In this document: in pieces, positions 11,591-24,441 of the stretch
How positions within the stretch are numbered: position 1 is the first letter of the stretch
Layout: every line of letters starts with the position of its first letter
From: Heptranchias perlo
Lineage: Eukaryota
Reading direction: 5' to 3'
Length of the DNA stretch: 64,000 nucleotides
NCBI RefSeq assembly: GCF_035084215.1
Contig: NC_090357.1
Span: 4,898,001 to 4,962,000, forward strand
The notes under the pieces: generated by a model
Seen by the model: the letters and a program-made list of their open reading frames with translations, nothing else
What the model was told of the DNA's origin: nothing
The model's database searches: none
Position numbers and translations under genes: made by a program

Positions 11591-12675
11591 CAATCTGCCC
11601 TTTTCCCACTCTCTACATCGTGCACGCTTTCCAGCAGGGGTCACTGATCGAGGAGCAGTTACCCTGTCTCGCTCGCTCTCTTCTCTTTCACCCCACCCCC
11701 CCCCACCCCCCCCCCCCAACCCCCTTCTCATGGGCTCTGAGGCCAGAAGGAGCACCCCAGCCACCATAGACTTGAGACTTTGAGTTTCAATAGCAAGAGC
11801 TGTTTCGTGAGCAGAGGTGAGAGTCGTGAGCAGAGGCAATACCAAGACGTGAGTCATGAGCAGACAGTAGAGTCAGGAGGGCTTACTGTTTTGTAAAAAC
11901 TCCCCTGTGAAGGCAGGAAGAGATGATGCTTTCAGTGAGAGAGATTTAAGAACTGCTTCCTGTCTGCAGTAAGCACAGACTAAACAAAAGGCTCGCATTT
12001 AAGAGATGTGGAAATTTGAGACCTTACTGGATCAAGTCCCATTTACCTGGAGTAAACAGTGACTTGGAATAACAAACACAGCACAGTGGGTGTGATTGTT
12101 GGAGTTTGGCAGTGGGAGGAGTTGGGATGGGGACACATGGACAAAGAGCAACTAAAATGGGAGGGGTGGGGGGAGGGACCGACATGTTGATATGGAACCA
12201 ACATGGGGTACGATGGAACGATGGGGACCCCACATTTCGCTCTCTTCCTGATCTCAGATCTCAGCTAGGACTGACTTCCTCGTGTGGAGAGAGGGACAAT
12301 TGGAGAGAAAGAGACTCGTTTTGTAAGCAAACATCTACTTGGCACGTATCAATGTCCAGTGAATCATTTTTGGTTGTCTTGGTTGTGTGTGTGTAATTGT
12401 TAGTGCTTTGAATAGTGCCATGGGATCTTGCACCACCTCCAATGGGCAGATGGGGCCTGGGTTTAATACGGCGACAGGAAGGGAAGGGAGGGGAAGAGAG
12501 ATCTGTCTGCTGTATCCTCGTGGGTTACGCCTGCGAATACGGATTTTTTTTCTCATTACAACAAACCATTTGTTTCTAGGGCAGAGGGTTTGCGAAGATG
12601 CTTCTTTCTGTCTCCGTTTTTAAATTCATTCTCGGGATGTGAGCTTCGCTGGCAATGCCGGCATTTATTGCCCAT

Positions 12676-13737
12676 CCCTAACCACTCGCTGCGTAAAAAA
12701 GTTTTTCCTCATGTCGCCTTTGGTTCTTTTGCCAATCACCTTAAACCTGTGTGCTCAGGTTCGTGACCCTTCTGCCAGTGGGAACAGATTTTCTTTATTT
12801 ACTTTGCCTACACCCTTCATGATTTTGAACACCTATCAATTTTTTTTATATTGGTTTATGGGATGTGGGCGTCGCTGGCGAGGCCGGCATTTATTGCCCA
12901 TCCCTAATTGCCCTTGAGAAGGTGGTGGTGAGCTGCCTTCTTGAACCGCTGCAGTCCGTGTGGTGACGGTTCTCCCACAGTGCTGTTAGGTAGGGAGTGC
13001 CAGGATTTTGACCCAGCGACGATGAAGGAACGGCGATATATTTCCAAGTCGGGATGGTGTGTGACTTGGAGGGGAACGTGCAGGTGGTGTTGTTCCCATG
13101 TGCCTGCTGCCCTTGTCCTTCTAGGTGGTAGAGGTCGCGGGTTTGGGAGGTGCTGTCGAAGAAGCCTTGGCGAGTTGAAATCTCCTCTTGAGCTTCTCTG
13201 CTCTGAGGAGAACAATCCCAGCTTCTCCAGTCTATCCAAGTAACTGAGGTCCCTCATCCCTGGATCCATTCTAGTAAATATTTTCTGCACCCTCTCTAAG
13301 GCCTTCACATCCTTTCTAAAGTGCAGTGCCCAGAATTGGACACAATACTTCAATTGTGGCTGAACCAGTGTTTTATAAAGGTTCAACATAACATCCTTTT
13401 GTACTCTATGCCTCTATTTATAAAGCCCAGGATCCTGTATGCTTTCTTAACCACTTTCTCTACCTGTCCTGCCACCTTCAATGACCTCTGTACATATCCC
13501 CCCAGATCTCTCTGTTCCCACACCCCCTTTAGAGTTGTACCCTTTAGTTTATATTGCCTCCCTTCATTCTTCCTACCAAAATGTATCAGCTCACCATTCT
13601 CAGCGTTAAATTTCATCTGCCACGTGTCCGCCCATTCCACCAGCCTGTCTATGTCCTCTTGAAGTCTATCACTATGCTCCTCACTGTTCACTACACTTCC
13701 AAGTTTTGTGTCATCTGCAAATTTGGAAATTGTGCCC
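12676..13737 (-). mobile_element. CR1 fragment split by a second LINE family (12840-13176)
   Basis: LYKTLVQPQLKYCVQFW and LQEDIDRLVEWADTWQM motifs; insert matches the 24870-25312 family (GLQRFKKAAHHHLL). Confidence 0.85.
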
Positions 13738-15013
13738 GGTACCCACTGAGGAGTGAGGAGGCCACTGTGGTGTAATCGGGGACTCTGGCTTAGATGCAGT
13801 AATGTCAGAGATAATCCTGATCTCCTGGAGTTTTCTTTCTTTTTTTTTTCCCTTTATGGAGTTGGGGAAGAATTTTGCAGAATTCTTCCTGAAATTAGCC
13901 ATAGGTTTTTTTTTTCTCCCTCTTTCTCCTCATTCCCACCCTCCCCCATGACCCCAGGAGTTAGCGTTACTGGTAATTGGGGAGGGTGGGACTCGAGGTT
14001 GCACTATTTAGTGGACGGGGTATGTGTGGACGGACCTTTCTCCACTTTCAATTCATATGTTCATAAGCTGGTCACCAGCCAATGAAGATCAGTTGTTATA
14101 AAACAGAAGATGGGAAACCAGAGGAGGAACAAACAATAGTAGCTGTGGGCAAGGCTACATTTATTGCCCGTCTGTAATTGTCCTGACGACTGAATGGCTT
14201 GCTATGCCAATTAAGAAAGCATTGCAAGTCAACAACATAGTGTAAGATTGGAATAACGTGCAGGCCAGACCAAGTAGGGAGGGCAAGTTCCTTTTGGCTG
14301 GAGGACATTGGCGATCTAGTTGGGTTTTTACAACAATCCAACAGTTTTGATGGTCACTTTTTTGGTGCCCACAAATTACCAGGTTTATTGATTTTGTTAT
14401 GGGTTGAACTCATGACCTCTGGGCTCTTAGTCCCATACCATAACCACTGTTAAATAAGTGTGAAGCTAAGGACTTCAGCTGCAGGCCTAACCCAGCCAAC
14501 GGAGGAACCATCACAGTAGGTGACTGGTACCAAAAAGAGTCTTGACTTGAAACTCTTTGGGTGCGAACCACCGTTACTGCTTCAGCTGCACGTGGAGGTG
14601 AACACTTTGTGCGGAGTTCTAATACTCCCAAAGGACTCATGGCGAGCCCTGAATTTATGTTGACCCACTGAACCACGTGGTGAGCTTCAATTCCTACCCT
14701 GGGTGCTAGGTTACTGATCTCAGCTGGCACAGTACCCCTGGACTAGGGAGGGGAATAATCACCCGTGAAACTGTGGCCCAACATGAGCCCATTGTAGTAG
14801 TTCTACCAACGCCCTGACTTGAGATTAACTAACGGCACAGGCCTGAGATCAAAACCAGGACCTTCCTGGTCTGAGATGATCTGCTCTACGCGGCGGTGCA
14901 TTTACACATTCAGCCACTCCAGGGAGTTGTTGAGTCAGATTTTGTTGTACTTATTTATTAGAGTCCTTGACACAGGAAGGTATCTGACTATCTCCCCTTG
15001 AATATCTTTTCAG

Positions 15014-15098
15014 CCACGACAGAGCGTGACGTCAAAGGAGGAGACGGATGAGTTTTCTGGCCTTAATCCCTCAGGTCCAACTATTCCAGCAGATCCAG
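15014..15098 (+). CDS. TMPRSS4: TMPRSS4-like, putative exon 2 (cytoplasmic N-terminus PRQSVTSKEETDEFSGLNPSGPTIPADP)
   Basis: ttttcag| acceptor, CAG|gttaaa donor; open, phase 0 to 1, joins exon 18403 in frame (G+AA=Glu). No domain homology, so tentative. Confidence 0.5.
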
Positions 15099-16599
15099 GT
15101 TAAAAACTAACTTATAACATGTTTTAAAGTTTCCAAGTCATGTCATGTGCCAATGGGGGTTTGTTTAGAAGATGTTTCTCTTGAATTCCTTATTGGATTT
15201 ATTAGTGACTAGCTTATATTTATGACCCCTAGTTTTGGACTACCCCACAAGTGGAAACATCATCCCTACATCTACCTTATCAAACCCTTTCATAATTTTA
15301 AAGACCTCTATCAGGTCACCCCTTAGCCTTCTCTTTTCTAGAGAAAAGAGCCCCAGCCTGTTCAGTGTTTGATTCCCTTTAGTAATCAGGGAGCCTTTGT
15401 ACAGAACTCTCTGAGTGGTTTAGAGTCTGTGATAGAGGATATTGTACATGAGCTGTGGCAGTCTTGGAGTTTATGGGCCGAATGGCCTTTTCTCGTTTCA
15501 GCCTTTTCATTTTTATTTCTGAGCAAGTAGATAAAAAAAATTAGTTTTCGCTAGTCATTGCAAAATTATAAATTGGATTGTGTTTACAGCTACATGAATG
15601 GAAAGTCTTGTATGGTTCTATACATTTAAGAAAAGTCTGTTGTTGGCGGAGTCGAGACCAACATAAGAGTGGCACTTTAAGAAAGCTCTTGGATAGTTGC
15701 ATATTGTCTGCTACATCTGATATTTACAGGCTTTTGTTAAATACCCGATCAAAGAGAACTGGATGGAGCCTGTCCTGAACAGGAGGAATAGGGAACACAG
15801 GAACAGGAGTAGGCCATTCAGCCCCTCGATCCTGTTCCGTCATTCAATTAGATTATTTATTAATTTGAGTAATTCGACAGAAATTCCAGGGAAATGAGAA
15901 GGAATGAATTCCTCCATTAATCTCAGTGCTTGAGACGGCTGCCTAGAATCTAGGACAAATCCTTCATTGCTGGCGCTCTGTGTTTGGAAGTGTACTGCTG
16001 GCTCTGTGAATATTCGCCAGCCTCACATGAATTCTTTGGCTTCCCAGCAAGGCAGTTTGGGGTGGGGGGGTGGGGGAGGTAATTTTCTGAGATCAAGTTG
16101 CCACTGGCAGCATAACCTCCGAAAATTGGCCTTTCCATTCTGTCCTTGCACTCGCGGGTCGTGTCTGGAGAGAGCATTTTGAGCTGTTTAATCCCAGGGC
16201 AAAGATTGAGCAATGTTAAGGTTCACAAGTGGACTTTCTCCTAGTGTAATGTACCAATGTACTGGATACTCCCAGTAACAATGGGAAAAGTTCTCCACCG
16301 GCTTTCAATGGTCTCTCTTCCTTGTGAAGCTGCTCTCCCAACCCTTCAATGTTCGTTCTGGGGGAGCAGTTTTGTTGGAATTCCCGAACAGAAAGGGCAT
16401 TTTCATCAACTCCCGAATGATCCTATTCGCTCAGAATTTGATCATTCCTGTCCATCCTTCCCCTTCCAGCTCCATCCTGTTTCTCATGACTTGTTAATCT
16501 AACTATTTTTATCGAAGGTGTTTCTCACCCTGTACTTTACTTCAGTTGTTTTGTATATTATTTGGACCATCGCTAGCGCAGTTCATTGTGGTATCTACA

Positions 16600-17043
16600 G
16601 AAAGAAAGAACTTGCATTTATATAGCGCCTTTCATGACCTCAGGACGTCCCAAAGCACTTCACAGCCAATGAAGTACTTTTGAAGTGTAGTCACTGTTGT
16701 AATGTAGGAAACGCGGCAGCCAATTTGGGCACAGCAAGATCCCACAAACAGTAATGTGATAATGATCAGATAATCTGCTTTGGTGATGTTGGTTGAGGGA
16801 TAAATATTGGCCAGGACACTGGGGGAGAACTCTACTGCTCTTCTATGAAATTGTGCCGTGGGATCTTTTACGTCCACCTGAGAGGTGGACGTAAAAGATC
16901 TGTTTAACCTCTCATCCGAAAGACGGCACCTCCAAAAGTGTGGCAGCCCCTCAGTACTGCACTGGAGCGTCAGCCTGATTCCTGGTGTGGGACTTGAACC
17001 CACAACCTTCAGAGGCTAGAGTGCGATCACTGAGCCATGGCTG
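16600..17043 (-). mobile_element. Deu-domain tRNA-derived SINE (SacSINE1/AmnSINE1-like)
   Basis: tRNA-like head (tggctcagt...ggttcaagtccc), core gatgaga..ttaaac..gtggacgtaaaagatcccacggcac, tail aggcgctatataaatgcaagt. Other copies: 17575-17945(+), 21010-21310(+), 33445-33800(-), 43190-43430(+), 51625-52075(-), 61650-61805(+), 62046-62465(+). Confidence 0.8.
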
Positions 17044-17574
17044 ATATTACAGATTATAAATCTTGGCATGCACCTATGTAAATTACTCATTTAGGACTCT
17101 TGCAAATGTTTTTTTCCTGGAACAATCTATTTTTAGAAAATGAAAAACAATGATTAGACTGTCAGACTCGGGGCTGAACTGAAATTTTATAAATGGAATG
17201 ACACATATCAAAGCCTGGGGACATTGTTAGCAGGTCTTGAAACGCAGAGATAAACAGACATGTTCTCTTGCTGTTTGTTAAAGGAATGATTTCACCATTA
17301 GTGTCTCTACCCATTTATTTTTTTTCTGAAAAGCAAGACAATCTTTCTCTGAAAGATGGCTCCAGTCCCACAGATACCATTCCAATACTTTGTGCTGTTT
17401 TCATGTTTGATTTGCTCTGGTTATTTTCTCCCACATTCCCTAATTGTACCTCGACTCGTCATGTAGCGTGACTGAGTGAAATGTGAGGTGATCTGATCCC
17501 CAGCTGCCATCAACAGGACTCTGCAACCTGGAGATGATTTGAGTGTGTCTGCAGGGCACATGTCCATCTTAAGG

Positions 17575-17945
17575 TGTCAGGCATGGCTCAGTGGGTAGCA
17601 CCCTCATCTGAGCCAGAAAGTAGTGTGTTCAAGTCCCATTCCAGCACAGAGGGAGGGCGGAAATGTTGTAAGTGCCGTCTTCCAGATGAGATGTGAAACC
17701 CAGGCCCCGTCTGCCCTCTCTGGTGGGTGTAAAAGGTCCCATGGCACTATTTCAAAGGAGGGCGGAGATTCCCCCCCCCCCCCCCACCCCCTAATGTCCT
17801 GCCCAATATTTACCCCTCAACCAACATCGTTAAAACGCGGATTATCTGGTCATTATCCCATTGCTGTTTGTGGGATCTTGCTGTGCGCAAATTGACTGCT
17901 GCGTTGCCTACATTACAACAGTGACTACACTTCTAAAGTACTCCA
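17575..17945 (+). mobile_element. Deu-domain SINE copy
   Basis: Same head and core as 16600-17043. Confidence 0.8.
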
Positions 17946-18253
17946 TCGTTCTTTATTCTTTCCTCTGAACTATCTTCCTGGAAACAAGGGCCATTCACCC
18001 TCCCGTTTATGGAGGAACCTTAGGGAATTTGTAAACCCCCCCCCACCCCCTCGCTTCCCCCACCCCCCCCCCCCCGCCCTCTCCCTGGGAGGGGGGAGGA
18101 TATCATGTGGCTCTGCCCCTTTGAAGCCTTTTTATTTTCTCTAAACCAACCCCCCCTCGAAGGCTTTGTTTCCACAAACACTTGACGCGTTCACTCCTAA
18201 AGGTCTTTCTTGAGATGTGCCCGAGTAACGGAGTCCAGTTTCCAGCTCAAAGC

Positions 18254-18303
18254 CCCAATCCCAATCCCAATCCCAATCCCAATCCCAATCCCAATCCCAA
18301 TCC
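18254..18303. repeat. (CCAATC)n microsatellite
   Basis: About 8 tandem copies ~100 bp upstream of the TM exon. Confidence 0.95.
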
Positions 18304-18402
18304 TTTCCCCCTTTAGAGCCGGCGGGTTTTGGGATAGCTCGACGGCAAGGGGAAAAAAAACTGAACCCCACCCCCACATAAATAATATTTTCAATTCTCC
18401 AG

Positions 18403-18513
18403 AAATCGGTACCAGAATTCCAACCATAGGCAAAATGAAGAAACAGAAGACCATTATAGTCGTGCTGACGGTCCTTATAATTATGGGCATTCTTGCAGTC
18501 GCTATTTATTTTG
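18403..18513 (+). CDS. TMPRSS4: TMPRSS4-like exon 3: signal-anchor TM (EIGTRIPTIGKMKKQKTIIVVLTVLIIMGILAVAIYF)
   Basis: ttctccag| acceptor, G|gtaagt donor, phase 1-1; basic cluster followed by ~20 hydrophobic residues (type II topology). Confidence 0.85.
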
Positions 18514-18885
18514 GTAAGTTGTTTTTCTTGCTTTTTTAACAAGAAAGCGATTGTAAATTGTTCCTCCTGTCTGTGTCCTTCATTTTCTCCCTTCCTCTCC
18601 TTCAAATGCTGGCTCCTGGTCCCGTAGCTCCTCCTCCATTGTTCATGAGCGAGTCCGGGCAGCAAACGTCCACAGGATAACTGGCTGTGTGGGGCATTGC
18701 TCTAGAGCCTGTTCCAATCCCCACCCTGCGCCCACCTGCACAGAGAGGTGCATCTTCCAGCAAGGATTGCAGGATAGTGATCAGGATTGGTGATCCTGGT
18801 GGATTTTTTAAAAAAAAATGTATTCCCCCCCCCCCATCCCCCATCCCAGGGGGTGCTCAGGTCAATTGGAGTGGCCCCTTTCACT

Positions 18886-19292
18886 GGAACATAGGAACAG
18901 GAGGAGGCCATTCAGCCCCTCGAGCCTGTTCCGCCATTCAGTTAGATCATGGCTGATCTGTACCTCAACTCCATCTACCCGTCTTGGTTCCGTAACCCTT
19001 AATACCCTTGACTAACAAAAATCTATCAATCGCAGTTTTGAAATTTTCAATTGACCCCCAGCCTCAACAGCTTTATGGGGGAGAGAGTTCCAGATTTCCA
19101 CAACTCTTTGTGTGAAGAAGTGCTTCCTGACATCACCCCTGAACGGCCTGGCTCTAATTTTAAGGTTATGCCCCCTTGTTCTGGACTCCCCCCACCAGAG
19201 GAAATAGTTTCTCTCTATCCACCCTATCAAATCCTTTAATCATCTTAAACACCTCAATTAGATACCCCTTAATCTTCTGTACTCAATGGAAT
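18886..19292 (-). mobile_element. CR1 3' fragment
   Basis: RTRGHNLKIRARPFR..RKHFFTQRVVEIWNSLP. Confidence 0.9.
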
Positions 19293-19556
19293 ATAGGGGC
19301 TCACTAAATTGAGTCTTGAAATCAGTATAGACGGTGGGGTTTCCTGTTTTGTAAACTGAGACAGGAGTCGTGGAAAACCCCTTTATTGGGGGGGGGGCGG
19401 GGGGGGTCGCAGTTTATGTAAAAGCTCCCGGTGAAGGTGTGCGGAGACAATGCTTTTAGTTCGAGAGGTTTAGGAATTATATCCTGTTGGTCTGGAACAA
19501 GCAAATACAATACAGAAGGGTCTCACCTTATGAGATGTGGGAACTTCTTAAATATC

Positions 19557-20110
19557 ACTGGTTAGGCCTCAGCTGGTGCATTGTGTCCAATTCTGGGCAC
19601 CACACTTTAGGAAGGATGTCGAGGCCTCGGAGAGGAGATATACTGGAATGAAAACCAGGGATGAGGGACTTCAGTTATGTGAAGAGACTGGAGGAGCCTG
19701 GGTTCTTCTCCTTAGAACAGAAAAGGATAAGTGGGGGTTAATAGAGGTGTTCAAAATTGTGAGGGGTTTTGATTAGACTAAATAAGGAGAAACTGTTTCC
19801 AGTGGCAGGAGGGTCGGTAACCAGAGGACGCAGTTTTAAGGTAATTGGCAAAAGACCAAGAGGGGAGATGAGGAGAATTTTTTTTACGCAGCGAGTTGTG
19901 ATGATCTGGAATGCGCTGCCTGAAAGGGCGGTGGAAGCAGATTCAACAATAATTTTCAAAAGGGAATTGGATAAATACCTGAGAAGGAGAAATTTGCAGT
20001 TCTATGGGGAAAGAGCAGGGGGGAGTGGGATTAATTGGATAGCTCTTTCAAAGAGCCGGCACAGGCGCAATGGGCCGAATGGCCTCCTTCTGTGCTGTAA
20101 GATTCTATGA
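19557..20110 (+). mobile_element. CR1 3' fragment
   Basis: CVQFWAPHFRKDV, FFTQRVVMIWNALP. Confidence 0.9.
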
Positions 20111-20594
20111 ACCAGAGACCAGCAGGAAATTCTCCCAGGTCCAGGTAAAACAGCCGCTCCCTTCACCGCTGTCCACATGCACACTTGGTCCAGCAGGAGT
20201 CACTGGACAGCGATCGGGGGCAGGAATCCTGGCTGACTTTATTCCCCACTCCTCTGAGTCTGGAGACAGAGTTGATTTGTTGCATTCCTGTTGTCTCCTT
20301 GTCCGAGATCAGCTAAGTTGGTGCATTATAGGTTTGAACCTGGGATACTTCCCGGTCTGGGACTCGTCTACGAAGTCTCCCAGGGTTGATTGTCCTATTG
20401 ATGCTCACGGTGTTGGGATCACGACGAGGAATCATTGCTTAAGTTATTGGATCTTTATTTTCATTGATGTGAAACGTCGCCTTAGTCCACAATATTAGAT
20501 GTGATGACCAGGGACCATGATCAACACTGGGGTAGCCATGAGCCAGCTGAGGCTTTAACTGAGGGTCTAACCAGTGTCATCCTCTCCCTTGCAG

Positions 20595-20747
20595 TGAAGG
20601 TCGCCATCGACACCTACTATTACTTCTGTCCCAAATCTTTTAAGTTCATTCGTCTCGAATCGCAATGCAATGGAATCGCAGACTGCTCCGATGGTGAAGA
20701 TGAGGTCGACTGTGTGCTGAACATCACATTCCAAGGGCAATTTCCAG
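20595..20747 (+). CDS. TMPRSS4: TMPRSS4-like exon 4: LDL-receptor class A domain (VKVAIDTYYYFCPKSFKFIRLESQCNGIADCSDGEDEVDCVLNITFQGQFP)
   Basis: cccttgcag| and G|gtaaag; CxGxxDCxDGEDExxC signature; 4-Cys LDLRa preceded by YYF as in TMPRSS4. Confidence 0.93.
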
Positions 20748-20836
20748 GTAAAGAAAAGAATCACTTTGTGTATGTTTTGTTTCGAGACTGCCCTATTGGA
20801 TGAACGATAGCGACCAGCTCCTCTGTTCTCTTCCAG

Positions 20837-20966
20837 TGCGGATATATGGGCTCAACTCCATTTTACAAGTGAAAGATTCAGCAACCCAGAAGTGGAAAAG
20901 TGTGTGTTATGACAACTGGAAATCTAACCTTGCACAAGTAACGTGCAACCAGCTGGGCTACTCGAG
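20837..20966 (+). CDS. TMPRSS4: TMPRSS4-like exon 5: SRCR domain N-part (VRIYGLNSILQVKDSATQKWKSVCYDNWKSNLAQVTCNQLGYS)
   Basis: ttcttccag| and AG|gtactg; phase 1 to 2; VR..S.LQV..W..C.D.W...C.QLGY pattern; 89-bp upstream intron. Confidence 0.93.
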
Positions 20967-21957
20967 GTACTGAAAGGAATCTTCAAATCTGCTTTCCTCC
21001 TAATGTCTATCGGATGAGACGTCTGCCCTCTCAGGTGGATGTAACAGATCCCATGGCACTATTTCAAAGAAGAGCAGGGGGAGTTCTCCCCGATGTCCTG
21101 GGCCAATATTTATTCCTCAACCAATATCACTAAAACAGATTATCTGGTCATTATCACGTTGCTGTTTGTGGGATCTTGCTGTGCGCAAATTGGCTGCCAT
21201 GTTTCCCTACATTACAACAGTGACTACATTTCCACAAGTACTTAATTGGTTGTAAAGCACAATGGGACACCCTGAGGTTGTGAAAGCTGCGATATAAATA
21301 CAATTCATTCTTTCTTTCTCTCTTTCTTTTCCTTGCTGTTTGGAGACCTGTCACTGATTTACTCCAGCTTGTGGCCCAGCCCGATGATGTAACTAAGGCT
21401 AAAGAAAGCTTTGCGATTATACAATACTTTGTTACGGAGCATCTCAAAGTGCTTCACTCACAATTAATTACCTCGAAGAGCAATGCCTGTTATGTAGGCA
21501 AACGCAGTGGACGTATTTTGCGAAGCGAGATCCCGCAACACCAGGGGGATGAACGAGTAATTGATGGATTTTTGGTGGTGCTTAAGGCATAAATGTTGTC
21601 CAGGACAATTGGCTTGGGATCATTAACATCCACTTAAACAGGCAGACCGAGTCTCAGTCAAAGGATTTACTGTTTAAAAATGAGCTGGTTAAATATCTCT
21701 GTTTGCAAATGAAACAAAGCTAGGAGTTAACGGAACAAGCAGATCAAACACAGAAAGACCTGGGTAGAATGGTGAGTTGGGCTGGCGAGTGACAGATGTT
21801 GTTTAATGTGGACAGATACAAAGTCATGATATAAAGTAAACGGTGTTACTGTACGGGACACGACGCAGGAGAGGGATCTGGGAGACTGGTGGATAGATCG
21901 ATGAAGCCATTGGCACAATGTCCAGCAGCAGTAAAGAGAACAAGTAGGATCGTGGAA

Positions 21958-22260
21958 TAAAACCAGAAAATGCTGGAAACACTCAGCAGGTCAGGCAGTG
22001 TCTGTAGAGAGAGAAACCGAGTTACCGTTTCAGACCTGGAAGATATTAGAGATTTAACAGTTTTTAAGCAAATGCAGTCGGGAAAAGAGGGGGATGGGGA
22101 AGAACAAAAGTGGAAGGTTTGTGATAGGGTGCAGGGCATAAGGGATGATGGTGCAAGGCCAAAGGAGGTGATAATGGGACAAGTATCGAAAACAAAATGG
22201 GTCCAGAGGCGGTGTAAATGGCTACAGCAGAATAGGAAGAGGGAGAGGGAAACATGGAAA
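21958..22260. mobile_element. Degraded repeat, probably a second Penelope-like family
   Basis: aaaatgctggaaacactcagcaggtcaggcagtgtctgtagagagagaaaccgagttaccgtttcag resembles a common shark repeat end; related relic at ~3765-3845. Family call from recall only. Confidence 0.45.
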
Positions 22261-22911
22261 ATCTGGCAAAGTGGAGAGGGTTGCCATGGTTCAGGAATGT
22301 GGCGGGGAAAGTTGGGTAGACCCCAGGGGTATGGACCACCTTACCAGCCGTGCACCGATAGGGGATCCCCACTCCAAGAACCTGCCCACACCTCCTCCGC
22401 TCCCAGTGGCTCTGGTGCAACCGTCCTCCACCTTGGGTTGGACACTAGAGGGATCGAGCACAAATCACAGGGGGTGATTGAGTTTGTACAGAGCGCTGGT
22501 CCGGCCCCACCTGGAGCACTGGGTGTGATTCTGGGCACCGTATTATGAGAAAGACACACCGGGCATTGGAGAGGGGGCAGCGAAGGACAACTAAACTGGG
22601 AGCTGGGATTCGACAGCTGAGTTAGGAGGAGGGGCAGAAGAAGCTGGGGAGCAAAGAGACGGAAATTGGTCCAAGTATCAAACGCTGATCTACAAAGTCT
22701 CTGCATTTGGTGCCCAGCATTGAACAGAATGTTGTACTGTTGTCGAGTTTGTAGCATCAGAATTGCAGCAATGGTCATGTTGGTAAATCACATCAAGTTG
22801 GATCCTGGATTGGACAAATGCGACGGGTAGTGTCTGTGGCTAGTCCAGCAGCGACTATGATGTATTGGCCGGGTTTGGAAGAGTTTTTTAACCAGTGTTG
22901 TTGCTCTGCAG

Positions 22912-23019
22912 GGACCCTAAAAGTGCCCCCGTGGAAATGAATTTGTGGCCCGTGCACAGCATAGTCGACTTCAACAAAGTCACAAACCCTGCTTCCATCC
23001 AGAGTGCTTTAACAGAAGG
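22912..23019 (+). CDS. TMPRSS4: TMPRSS4-like exon 6: SRCR middle (RDPKSAPVEMNLWPVHSIVDFNKVTNPASIQSALTEG)
   Basis: gctctgcag| and GG|gtgagt; phase 2-2, open, bridges exons 5 and 7 in frame. Confidence 0.85.
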
Positions 23020-23629
23020 GTGAGTATTTACTGGAGCCTGTAACCCAATAATGTTCAGCACAGGTGTCAACGAGCTGGGTTATCGATCCTTGCTCACGGG
23101 CTTCCTTCGTATCTTCTGATGGCAAGGCAAGAAGTGTAGAGTTTGGCACTGGATTTTGGAGTGGAAGAGGTTTTTTTTTGGAAGGGGTTCGGGTCCCAAA
23201 TTTAGATTCTGATTTCCGAACGGCTTTTTCCTGAACATATTTCAGAGATGAACAAATCTGGATTTGGGAATGGAGCCCTAGTGGAGGGGTTTGAGACAGC
23301 GTCCTTAACTGAGTTCACCTCACAGCCCAGCTGACTCCAGTAGCAACCTATTTGCCATTCAGATACTGGCAGGGTCCTGCAGAGATGTTCTGGTGGGTTG
23401 AGGAATTCCACGGTGGAAATGGGGGGTAGATTTTCTCCTTAATCTGAGGAAGCCCTTTACAGAATCCACCTGATTCTTGCATAGATCTTGCAGAACCCGG
23501 ATTGCTCTTGCATAGAGCCGGCCTGGACTTGATGGGCTGAATGGCTTCCTTCCATGCTGTAACCTTTCTATGATTCTCATTTCTTTGAAATCAACGGAAG
23601 GAAAACCGGATGGGATTTATAACGAGTGG

Positions 23630-24222
23630 GCAAAACAAAAATCTATCGCATGGTTTTACCGGAGCCTTGAGAACCACTCGAATTGCTTCTTTGATTTTTT
23701 TTTTGGTGAAGTTTTCCAGGAATCAACATCAGGGAAACTGATGTTGATTCCTGGAAACAAATAGCACTGAGAAAACAAATATTTTCCTAGCACTGAGAAA
23801 ACAAATATTTTCCCATTCCGGAGGTGCCCAGTGTTGGGACAAGGCGCTCCCGGGTAAACAACCACACAACCAGCTGCAGAACAAGACTCCTTCACCGCGG
23901 AGAGGTTCAGGGAGGGAATTCCAGAGCTTAGGGCCTAGGCAGCCGAAGGCGCAGCCGCCAACGGTGGAGCGATGAAAATTGGAGAGGCGCAGAGGAACGC
24001 AGAGATCTTGGAGGGTTATAGGGCTGGGGGAACTGTCCAAAAACAGCTCCAGAGATTAAATAACCTGTGATCTAAAGTCGGTAGCAAAACAAAAATCTAT
24101 CGCATGGTTTTACCGGAGCCTTGAGAACCACTCGAATTGCTTCTTTGATTTTTTTTTTTTGGTGAAGTTTTCCAGGAATCAACATCAGGGAAACTGATGT
24201 TGATTCCTGGAAACAAATAGCA
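23630..24222. repeat. ~137-bp direct repeat pair (23630-23766, 24084-24222), each with a perfect 20-bp-stem hairpin
   Basis: Copies identical except T-run length; stem tttccaggaatcaacatcag / ctgatgttgattcctggaaa, loop ggaaa. Confidence 0.92.
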
Positions 24223-24400
24223 AAGATTTCGGAATTAACTGTCGGTCCCTGAATTAATGGCAGCATTTAATTATCACTCCCTTGTCCGGCATCGAGTCAA
24301 CATTCCATCTCTGGGAGAGAAAAACAACAAAATAAAGTTAAATCTTGAGTGAAAAATAAACCAGCCACTGAGCCAATGTTTCCTTTTGTTTTCTGTTCAG

Positions 24401-24441
24401 GTCCTGCTCTTCCGGGAAGATTGTGTCCCTTGTCTGTGCAC
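24401..24441 (+). CDS. TMPRSS4: TMPRSS4-like exon 7: SRCR end (SCSSGKIVSLVCA)
   Basis: ttctgttcag| and C|gtgagt; 41 bp; C.SG..VSL.C motif typical of the hepsin/TMPRSS subfamily. Confidence 0.92.

Noticed and set aside
17575-17645. tRNA-like A/B boxes (also 43190, 61650, 62046)
   Set aside because: SINE heads; no complete cloverleaf.
18318-18402. Upstream extension of TMPRSS4 exon 3 from the ccctttag acceptor
   Set aside because: Gives the wrong phase for joining putative exon 2; the 18403 acceptor fits.
23737-23747. ACTGATGTTGA matches the 3' half of miR-21-5p
   Set aside because: No TAGCTTATCAG seed half and no miR-21 precursor context; treated as coincidence.
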